Below are positions 53,838 through 64,000 of a stretch of DNA of 64,000 nucleotides, piece after piece. The stretch lies in NCBI RefSeq assembly GCF_006345805.1, contig NW_021836133.1, forward strand, positions 1-64,000, given 5' to 3'. The position numbers were made by a program, and so were the translations under genes. The notes beneath the pieces were generated by a model. The model saw only the letters and a list, made by a program, of their open reading frames with translations, had not been told where the DNA came from and made no database searches. The stretch is from Octopus sinensis. Lineage: Eukaryota. Every line of letters begins with the position of its first letter. Position 1 is the stretch's first letter.

Positions 53838-54646
53838 TTTGAGTCAAATCTAGAGTTTGGTGGCCTTCTAACATAATTTTTTGTGTTTGAATGCAAATTT
53901 ATTTTGCATTCATCACTAAAAATAATTTTACCCCAATCATTTTGGCTCCAAGTTAATTTCTCAATGCACCAATTTTTTCTAGCCTTTTTATGGCATATGG
54001 AAAGACTTGGTTTTGGGCATTGCTTTCGCCCATTCAAATTATTTCTTTGTAGGCATCTTTTAATTGTATTTGTGCTTACAATAGAATTTAATTTCATATC
54101 AAATTTAATTGATTTGCCGTTTTTGTGGGGTCTGCTTTCGAAATTCTCACTAATTTGCGTTCAGATCTTGGGGATAACAATCTCGGTCGACCAGATTTGG
54201 GTCTGTCGGAATATAGTCCAACGGATGAATATCTGGAAATTGTTCTTTGAACAGCAGTTTTGGATATTTTTAATTTTTCGGCAATTTCTCTTTGTGAAGC
54301 TCCATCTTTAAAAAAAGTGATGATAGCGACCCGATCAACCAGTGAAACACGCGGCATTTGTTATTTATTAGTCTTTTGTTTTTAATTGAATCAAAAATTA
54401 TTTAAATTTAAAGAGATTTAACTGGTTCGAAACATATGATTGCAACTGGTCCGGAACATATGATCGAGTCAAAAATCAATTATATTCAATTGGCGCCAAA
54501 CAAAAATATTTAAAGAAAATTTTAGAATAGAATAAATGTATTTAAGCTTATCTAATAAGTTTCTCTAAAGAACCGTATAAAAATAATTTAGGATTGACTT
54601 GGAAATTGAGAAAAATAGGGTGGTCCGAAACATTTGAGCGGTACTG
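53838..54646 (-). mobile_element. Duplicate of the truncated Tc1
   Basis: Same breakpoints as 48628-49435. Confidence 0.88.
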
Positions 54647-55194
54647 TATATGTTATTATCGATGTAGGCTATTGTGTCTTTTATCATTATACGTCAGTCT
54701 GATACACTTTCGCATGTTAAATAAAGCGCCGTCAAGATTATTTCATATTAAAAGATAGTTTAACTAAGAAAATTTTTTAACATTGAAAAATAGCGGTGAG
54801 ATTTAGAATTTGGCAAGAAATGGAGGTTTCTTTAGAAATTTTCGAATTTTTTGAAAAAAGGTGTCGAGCAATAGAGGTTTGACCTCTACATTGAAAAGTT
54901 GTCTATTGAAGTAGGAACTTGTATCTAAATACAGTCTTGACGAAAACACTGGAGAGTATGATGGTCGAACCAAAAATATAATCAAAATCCCTGAAAAGGA
55001 GATAAACTCAGCCAGGAGTTTCATAATTGACGCGAATCATTTGTATAAAGACAACATGGAAAGTGATAAAAAAAATCGTAACTGACTGAAAATAAAGTAT
55101 TAGTTTTGTTTATTTCTTCTTCTTAAAGAAAACTAATTTTCTCCCAATAACTAGCAGATTAATACGTTTAAAATAAATTATTTTGGTTTAAAAA

Positions 55195-55885
55195 TTCAGT
55201 TTCCTTTTTGACACGGGACCGGGACATCTAGAGAGCCTCTGAAAGGCTCCAAGCTAACCTGGATCGGCTAAACCTATGGCTGACCGACAACAGACTCGTG
55301 GTAAACCCGGCGAAATCCGCCACGTTACTTTTCACTTCCGACAAAAGATTGGGAAGGACTTCAGTCGACTTAAAGCTGAACAACGTGTTTGTACCCTTCT
55401 AGGGGTAACCCTCGACATGCACCTCTGCTTTCCCGCACGCAGACAACCTCCTTCGCAAATGCGAAAAAAATTGAACATCCTCAGAACTTTATCCGGCCTA
55501 TAGAAAAACGGGTCACACCCGGTACTGACGAATATTTACCGCCAATACTTCGAACCATCAATTGCCTACGCCTGCGGATCATGAGGTTCGCGGTTATCGT
55601 GGTCCAACAGGAGGCGAATACAGCAACAAAGAACCCACAGATTAACCGATCGTTGGTCACACGATAACGAACGCCTCGGTCCAGCTCCTCTGGAAGACCT
55701 TATCAAGCTGAACCTCGGATCGTCAGAAAATCCCGTCAAAACAACCTGCCGCCCAATGCGATCTTGTGTGGGCTCGTGAAAAGATCACCGAGCGAAGATA
55801 AGGTCCCTGGTCAAGTGCATCGGGATCACGTGACGCTTGTTTGATTTTTACCGTGGTCTTGGCGGTTAAATAAATAAAATAAATG
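55195..55885 (+). mobile_element. 5'-truncated I/Jockey-like LINE with structured 3'-UTR
   Basis: RT thumb LLGVTLDMHLCF..KKLNILRTLSG; 3'-UTR shared with 26402-26590; TAAATAAAATAAAT tail. Confidence 0.7.
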
Positions 55886-56064
55886 TCGGAATTTAACAAA
55901 TTGACTGCTTCCTCGTGGCTGGTCATGCTGGAAATAAAAATGTTTTGAATAAAGATTCCCTATTTAGTCGATATGCTTTTCATTGGGTTTGTTTCAGTTT
56001 ATTCCAGTTTTTCTCTTATATTTTCAAGAAATTATAATTCTAGTAACAAAAATAACAATTTCTT

Positions 56065-59000
56065 GTGGTGTCGTGTATGTCTGTTTTCACCAGTCTGCAA
56101 GCAAATCCTGAGGGCTCTCTTACAAAAGATATTAGAGATAACCGACAACTATTGGTAAGAAGCAAGTCTTCGGGGCTACATGATCCCCATGAAATTTGTG
56201 GAAACTCTCCTACCGAACATGTCTCACCCCATCTAATCCCTCTTAAATCGGTGATCGGTGAGGAACACTCTAACGACAAAGTCAAATGGATTTCTGGTGT
56301 TGTGGAGTCGGCGAAGAGACGATTTGGCAGAATTCCTCGTGGAGGATGGAGACTTATTGCCGAATGTTTCAACGTCCGCTTTCTCACTCAAAAGAGTGTC
56401 TCTGATGTGAAAAACTTACTGAATGTAAAGCCCTGCTCTAATGGCTGTGGCAGTCGAAATAATGTGGATACCTCAGATTACTTATTGCCAAAGACAGAAA
56501 TCTCCATTTATGGTAAATGCAAGGAAGAGTTTAATCTCCAAATTCAGGAACTTAAATCAATCCCACGAAATGCGAGAATGCCCACAAAGAAGATTCCGTA
56601 TAAATTGCTAAAGACTGATGTTCTTGTCGCAATTAATGCAGTGATTTCGAACTATATATTATCTTCTCCGCCTGCAAGCATAAATGAAATCACGGATATA
56701 ATTTATGCCGGGCAATGCTCATATGAAAACATTACGAGGCAACCCCTAACAAAAATCACATGGCTTGAGGATACGGAAAGAAAGATTTCCAAACTTAGAG
56801 AAAATCTAACTTTCGTTAATAAGTTTAATGGCCAGCAATCTAAAGACGAAAAAGAGAAGACACTGAACATTTTATGCTCGTTTGGATACAAAAAATCCAG
56901 GAAGGGAGAGCTGGCACGCGTATCTAGTCTTATTGAAGATAGAGTCAAAATTATGGAGAAAAAAATCTCAACCTATCGCTCCAGAAAGTCGTTTAGACAA
57001 GATAATTTCTGTTTTGAACTAAACAGGAGAAGATTCTATCGAAGACTGAACTGTGAAAACAAAGATTCTGATTGTCAAGTCCCAGAGGATAAGTGTCTAT
57101 CTTTCTGGAAGGGCGTATGGAAGAAAGAGGAGAACCGTACTCCTAAAGCTATTGTTGGTAAGCATATTACTGGAGCTGAACAGCTTCCAAGTGACGTGAA
57201 AACTGATTTTATCAAGAATGTTATCCAGTGTGTACCCAATTGGAAAGCCGCGGGTTGTGACGGAGTTTATGGATTTTTTATCAAAAAGTTCGAAGCTCTT
57301 CATGGCCATTTGTGCGATGAGATCCTTAAAATTGTGAACGGAGGCTATTCCCCTGCTGAGTGGTTTTACACAGGAGTAACATACCTCATTCCAAAAAATG
57401 AAAAGTGCCATTCCCCAAATGACTTAAGGCCGATTACCTGCATGCCTATATTGTACAAACTTGTCACTAAATGTGTGAATACAAAGCTTACAGACTATAT
57501 CGAAGCGTTTAACCTTATCTCGGATAATCAGCTGGGAGCTAGAAGGCAATGCCAAGGCGCAAAGGAACAAGCACTAATAAACCAGTGTGTCAATAGTGAG
57601 TATGGAAATAACTTATTTGCAACGTGGATCGATGTCAGAAAGGCATTTGATTCTGTCAATCATGAATTCTTATGTCAAGTGCTTGATCAGTCTGGAATTC
57701 CGAATTGGATCACAAATTTTGTGAAAACTTTAATCAAAAATTGGAATGTCATTTTGACACTTAACAATAAGAGAATTGGAACTGTAAAATTGGAAAGAGG
57801 AATCTTACAAGGAGACTCACTCTCTCCACAACTCTTCACTCTGGTAATGGATCCGTTAAGTAGGAGCTTGAATATGAAGTTCCCGAAGGTGCGTATAGGT
57901 CAAAATGACCCGTTCACGGTTTCATATTCAACAAACCATTTGTTGTTTATTGACGACCTGAAAATAATTGCTGAGAAAGAAGACACCGTTCTAAAAATGA
58001 TGGAAGATGTCGATGAATATTTTGATGCCGTTGGCCTCAAGAGGAACTCGGAAAAGTCTGCGACTAACCTGGACTATGTGAAAGATACAAAATGTCTGGA
58101 TGGGTGTGCTGGGTATCGATACCTGGGAGTCTTGGAGGATAGAGGAAGTGATGTCAAGAAAATCGAGGTAATGAAAACAATTGCTCGAAACGTGAAAGAG
58201 AGAATCGAGAGTCTTGCAAAAACAAAGTTAAGTGCAGTAAACCTCTTTAAAGCGATAAACGAATATGCACTCTCTCTCTACAACTACTATATCGGATTGA
58301 TCGACATTGAACCGAGTGAGTTTGATGCCATTGATCTGGTAATTCGTCGCATTCTAACTACTTTACGAATCCATCTGAAGCCCGCTAATAAAGAAAGATT
58401 ATATCTCGGCAGAAATGGTTTTGGAAGAGGCTTAATCTCAATTTCCAATAAGAGCGAATGCATCCTGCTCCAATTTCTCTCCGACCTTGAAAGAAAAGCC
58501 TCGTTGTGCCTCAGAAGAGCAGGAATCTTGCGGGTCTTGAGAGAAAAGAAAACACATATGACCACGATTGCAAGATTTCTCGCTCTCAAGTACAATCTGG
58601 AAGACCAATCAAAATTGGATGTAAACCTTATTAAGGAGTGCCAGAAGAAAAGACTAATGGACACCATTAAATCTAAGATGATACATTCAACGCTGTTTAA
58701 ATGCATTCAGGAACCGAGTGCTGATATCGTGGAGTCCAATGTATGGCTAGCCAATGGGAACAATGGCCCAAAGGCCGAGGCACTATATTGCTTGGCCCAG
58801 GATCGCAATTTGTTTTTCGGAGAGGCAAAGCCTAATTGTAACCATTGCGGCTCGGCAAGAAAAACCGTGGATCACCTAGCTACTCGATGTAGCAGAATGC
58901 TTCACGGGTCATACATGCGAAGACACAATGAAATTGTCAGATGCATACATCTACACGTCTGTCGTCAGTACGGAATAAAGAAATGCAAGAAATTGAAAGC

Positions 59001-59592
59001 ACACTCAGTCCAGTCGGTCGTGGAAAATAGTCGTGTTGAAATACGAGTAGACATGACGTTGCAGACCGACATTGAAGTTAAAAACAACAAGCCAGACATT
59101 TTCGTGCTTGATAAAATGAAAAATGAGATAACGATAATCGAAGTCGGGGTCACATCCCAGGACAGGTTAAAGCAAGTCGAAGTAGAGAAACTCCACAAGT
59201 ATGATCTACTTGCTGGAGAATTGGCACAGATTCACAAGGCAAAAGTCACGATAGTCCCTGTCGTATTGACATGGGATGGGGTAGTGACCAAGTTCTATAA
59301 GTCCTACATGAAAAAGTTGAATATAGAGGTCCCGACTAAGGCGTACATTCAATCAGTGACAATCAAGAAAACCCTGGAGAGCATGGTCGTTGAATACAAA
59401 CATGGCATGAAGGTCGACAACTACCAAATTGAGAAGGAAACGGATAGTCTTATCGCTAGAGGAGAAGAACTGGGAGTGTCAGTTGACTTGCCAGAGGAGT
59501 CTGCTTTCTTACTGCAATACGAAGAGGAGAGGTGTCAAGACATGACCGGTCAACGGAGTAGTTCCCCTAAGAGAAGAGAGAATATCAATTAA
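56065..59592 (+). mobile_element. Intact single-ORF R4/Dong-like non-LTR retrotransposon (Myb-like, RT, CCHC, RLE)
   Basis: 1175-aa uninterrupted ORF: W..VV..GGWRLIAECFN..SDVK (Myb-like), NWKAAG.DG, LRPITC, DVRKAFDSV, QGDSLSP, FIDD, YRYLG, CNHC..H..C, RHN, KPD..IEV..K..KY. Confidence 0.95.
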
Positions 59593-60039
59593 TTTTTTTT
59601 TTTTTTTCTTCGTTTAATTTTCTAATAATGTTTAATTTTAGTAATTATTTTAATTTGTTTATGTTTTTAAATTAATTAGGAAAAAAATTATTCAAATTTG
59701 TATTTGTCAGGCAGCACAACCTTTTGACAACCTCTAGTCTAGAGCTTAGTAATGACCAATGACATCGTGTAGTGCTCATATTGGGACAAACAGGATTTAT
59801 AAAAAAACACAATAAATTCAGGATTCGGTTCTTGAATCACGATGTTGACTATCAGTGCTCCAAATTCGATGCAGTACTCAGTAAACCACGTATTCAACTT
59901 GACGTTTTATTGCAGTGAATAAAAATAATCAAATGATTTATAAGATCAATCAAACACGGTATAACGTTGTCGACAGAATAATCTCCTTAATAAATCAATT
60001 GCCCAAAAGACGGTCGAATAGCTAATATCAATTTTTATA

Positions 60040-61503
60040 CATAGTCTGTAACAGCAAAAAGGAATATTCTTAAAACACCATTTAAAATTGAATTTAAAAT
60101 TGATTTGACGTATTAATTCATTCTTTTTCTTTTGAGCCATTCCTTAGCTCTCTAACTGCAATCTCTTGTCGACCATCACCAATCTGATCCTCACTCCAGG
60201 ATTGTTGTTCCATGGGCACGATTTCGTCGTCCTCAAATTGTTGTAGAGATTTTCGTTGTAGAAAATGAATGACTTCACTAACATCACTCTCTTGATAGTT
60301 CATCCCATGTCGGTTCTCCACTAACATGCTTTCAAGAGTTTTCTTTAGTACAATAGATTGAATATATGCCCTCGGAATAATATCCACACCCAAAATCCAT
60401 ATATGATTTGTAGAATTTACTCACAATTCCCTCCCAATCATAACAATAGGGACAATTTTAACTTTCGCTTTGTATATTTGGGACAACTCTCCAGCGAGGA
60501 GGTCGTATTTATGAAGTTTTTCAACCTCAACCACCTTCAGCATCTCCTGAAAGTGATTCCGACCTCTACTAAAGTAATCTCCCTGGTCCTTTTATCGAAA
60601 ACAAATATGTCCGGCTTGTTATGTTGTACTTTAATGTCTGTCATCAGCGTCGTATCGACTCTGATCTCAACATTCTCAGTTGTTACTATTGATTGGACTG
60701 AGTGAGTCTTCAGTTTTTTGAATATGTGATTCCATATTAAGGACACAGGTTTAAATGAAGACATCTCACCACCTCATTGTGACGGCGTATATAATCACTA
60801 TTTAACATTCTATTGCATCTCGTTGCCAATGATCGACTGTTTTTTTGGCAGATTTACAATGACTGCAATTTGATCCTTTTCCCACAAAGAACAAGTTTCG
60901 TCCTGTAAATATATATTTAAGATGAATTTGAGTTCCATTTTTCTAAAATTAATTTGGAGTCCCCATATTTTTTTTCCCCATATTATAAGAGAATGAATAA
61001 GAAAATGGGAGTACATGTCTCAAAGTATGACTTGGATGTTGGAGATATTGTATTCTATTTTAATTATTTAAAAGGCTCGGATTCAAAGGATTACGGGACG
61101 AATCCTTCGCTAAGATTAACAAGGTTTGAACAACCATATGGGAATCCAGTTACTATTGTTGCAAAATTGTCTAACAATTTTGTCAATTTAGAAAATAGAG
61201 ATGGATCAGTAACAAGAATGCATTTGAAACGACTAAAAAGTTAAAAAAGACTTAAGTTGATTATGGCAATAAAATTATTCTTAAAAAAATTAAGTTAATC
61301 TTACATTGACATTGATTGATCGCATCTAAACATTGATTGACATTCAAATAATTAACTAAATTATGCATTTTTAAAGATTTTTAAAATTTATAAAAACGTA
61401 ATTACATAATAATTAACGTCATTAGAGTGATTTAATATTTAAAATGAATATTATTTAATTTTAAATGGTGTTTTAAGAATATTCCTTTTGCTGTTACAGA
61501 CTG
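60040..61503. mobile_element. Tc1/pogo-type TIR pair enclosing only foreign relics
   Basis: ~48-bp inverted repeat AGTCTGTAACAGCAAAA(A)GGAATATTCTTAAAACACCATTTAAAATT at both ends, TA outside. Contains an R4-like relic (60118-60800, minus) and a Ginger C-terminus (60954-61244, plus; KDYGTNP). Confidence 0.7.
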
Positions 61504-61560
61504 TATGCATTTTAAACATTAAAAAAATTAAAGAACTGAGTTTAAATTGTAGAAAATATA

Positions 61561-64000
61561 TCAATAATGTCCATGCCTTTTCCTGGCACGCCTCTGACTG
61601 GCAGGCATGGTCGTTCGATTCTTTTTCCACGCCTTTTTACGCGACTTTTTGTCAACCAACTTCCTCCTTTTAGGTTTCACATCCAAATGAGGCTCGTCAT
61701 CCAAATCTCCACCACACTCCCCCATCACCACCAATTTCCCATCCTCCGTGACAGAAACAGCCGATTTCTCCCGGGTACTCACTCTAGCAACAGATTCTAA
61801 CAAAATATACATTTACACATTACCCATGGTCTTCCCGATGGCAGAAGGATCTGCCAAATCTACAATGTCTCCATCATTTTTTCTTAGTCTGACCACTCCC
61901 CTCACACTCTTAGAGGACACACAAGTCTCATCACACGAGTCACTCAATCCACCCTCACTGCAAATAAATACGAGAAAACAACATTTGGCCATGGAGTGTC
62001 ACGTCATCATCATTCTTTGTCTTTTTATTAGAACGAATTGATTTGGCAATATTTGACACAACCTTGTGGAACTCAACTGGGACTAGTTCCTTCAGTGAAT
62101 CAAGACTACTCATAACAGACATGAAACAACCCAATCATTTTACACGCTTTGGTCAAAATTCGTATTCTTTTGATTCTGATCTTACTGGAACAGTCCAATC
62201 CAGCCACCCTCATCACAGCAGGAATCTACTCAATCAGACAACACAATACCATTCTATGAATTGAACAAACTACCACTCCAAAGTTGAAGTAAATCAACGT
62301 GGAGTGAAGCAATCCGAGACTTTCGAGTACAACACCCGACTGAGGATGTCCCAACAGTCTGATTCCATTATCTATGCACAATTCCACCATCTTCTCAGTG
62401 AATGTCACTATATCGAGCTCTTACAAAGCAATACTCGACTCTCGACCAATGAGGCCTCTCAGTGCTACCAATACTCGACATATAAGTGACCCATCTCCCA
62501 CCAATCCAAGCATCAATTTGGAGACCACTTTAGTAGTAGCCCCACAACAATCCATATCCACGCCAGTCCTCAGAATATATTGCCGGGCACCATTAATAAG
62601 CACGTGCGCCCCATCTCTTGCCTTCCTTCCTACTTCCCCTAACCCAATAATTCCTTCTGCGACCATTCCGTCCACAATTTGTTCTGAGTAACCTGCAAGC
62701 CGCGTAGAAACGAGAAGAAGACATCGAAATCGAGCCTTCAATACTTAAATACACTGCAAACAGCTTTTGATGAACTCAACGAAGAGTCCGCAGTGTCTCC
62801 AAACAGCAATTGGGAGAGTTCCCCCAGTCGGGAGGATATATCAGCCCCTCGATAGTGGAGAATGTCACCCAAAAGCACATACCCTCTCTTCTGGACACAT
62901 TGGTCAATACAATGCCCACTCTACAATACACCCACTGCCCCACCTCCAATATTCTCACAATATATCCAAGCAGACCCCCAATCTGTTCATTTCCCAAATA
63001 AACAACTCCTGTTCTGCTCACACTCAACATTGCTCGTCTACTATAGTCAGCAAATCACTACAGCGATGGCATGTTACTCCTTATATTCATATCCACTGTT
63101 AGTTCACCCATTTTCCCCAAGACCATCGAGTAAACCAGAGCAATGTCCTACAATGACAGACTGCCGTCTCACCTGCTCACCAAGTAGCCGATTACTCTCC
63201 CTAATAGTAGTGATGTACTCCATTTCCATATTCTTCCCTTCATTCGAATGTTCCAATCCCATCACTTTGTTGATGCAAAAAGACACGAATGTTTTGGTAT
63301 ATTTTCCCACTACTTGACGATCCTCCACTAAAAATGAGGATTCCCAGTGACTGACAATTCGGGGACGACAGGGCAGTATCAATGAGTTTCCGCAGTGCGC
63401 GGAGAGCCATCCCCACAAGCGAGGAGTCGGACACACACAGGGAATACAACCTCTGCATTATAGGATCAACACTCTGGAATAACACACAAACACACATTTG
63501 ATATATCCGTCGCCCCGTCGCAGAACGATGGCAAAAGTGCCCATATTTGAGTCAGGAGTGTCGACAATTTCTTAGCACACACTGATCTCCCATTTTGTTC
63601 TAGCAGGTTACACCTGTCCTGTATTTGGTCAATCAGAGGGAGAAATCGGCAGACAAAGTACTCCAGCGGCACATTTTTAATATTTTTGGCCAATAATGGG
63701 AGGATCCAGCCATGTGTCAAGTCCCCAAAGTCATTATTGGGAAAGAATTCCACTGCCAGTACAGACAGCACAAATTGAGGGCCCATTGATTTGACCGCAG
63801 CTCCAATTGTCCTGTCGATCTGTTCGGAATACTCGAAGCCATTCGTGGAACGAAGGTTGGCCAGACACGACAGCGACTAAAATATTGCAAAATTTCAACC
63901 GAAGTGAAAACATGAGGAAAAGAAGATCCAAATTTCTAGATTTATTGGATGACAAATACAGAATAGATTTTTTCGAATACTTTAAATACGCATTCCAAGT
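61561..64000 (-). CDS. RRP12: Ribosomal RNA processing protein 12, 3' part; 5' exons beyond window
   Basis: IGAAVKSMGPQFVL..WILPLL.KNI..LEYF...QIWALLPSFC (NUC173), QKRGY, KARFRCL, EG..RKARDGA, EDGKLVV. Spliced frame stays open across the 21-28-nt introns checked (64000 to ~62420). Confidence 0.9.

Larger units (their letters stand above)
50435..55645 (+). repeat. Tandem duplicate of 45220-50439 (period ~5.2 kb)
   Basis: Junction CCCACAG-ATTAA-AACTC joins 55634-55645-type sequence to 45220-type sequence through ATTAA microhomology. Confidence 0.9.

Noticed and set aside
55690-55885. tRNA, 5S, SRP RNA or ribozyme upstream of the R4 element
   Set aside because: No cloverleaf, A/B boxes or hammerhead/HDV core seen. 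It follows a LINE RT remnant and ends in an A-rich tail, so it is better read as another element's 3'-UTR.
56065-59592. Group II intron, retron or telomerase RT
   Set aside because: CCHC plus PD-(D/E)xK RLE and a Myb-like N-terminus define an RLE non-LTR element.

Overview
AT-rich eukaryotic DNA, most likely from a compact animal genome. Spliceosomal introns are mostly 21-32 nt, as known from myxozoans and dicyemids; the taxon is an inference. The window is dominated by stacked transposons: CRE, R4/Dong-like, RTE and I/Jockey-like non-LTR elements, plus pogo, Tc1, hAT/Buster, Helitron and Ginger-like (TGTCAC...GTGACA, 5-bp TSD) DNA elements. A ~6.3-kb relic block (28970-35305) is copied at 43951-49968, and most of that copy is tandemly reduplicated (45220-55645). 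Host genes: RRP12 (apparently intact, runs off the right edge), a TFIIIA-like gene, a two-gene cassette (tetraspanin lacking TM1 plus 3'-truncated DHODH) inside an hAT relic, and decayed copies of mitochondrial-type ArgRS, a GH18 chitinase, a ZnT5/7 transporter and ICMT. Most notable: (i) the class-2 DHODH has class-1A-like active-site motifs (GLPN and NISCSNV); (ii) the apparent gene capture by hAT; (iii) the mitochondrial-type ArgRS pseudogene split by nested transposons; (iv) an intact 1175-aa R4-like retrotransposon ORF. All calls come from reading the sequence by eye; no searches were run.
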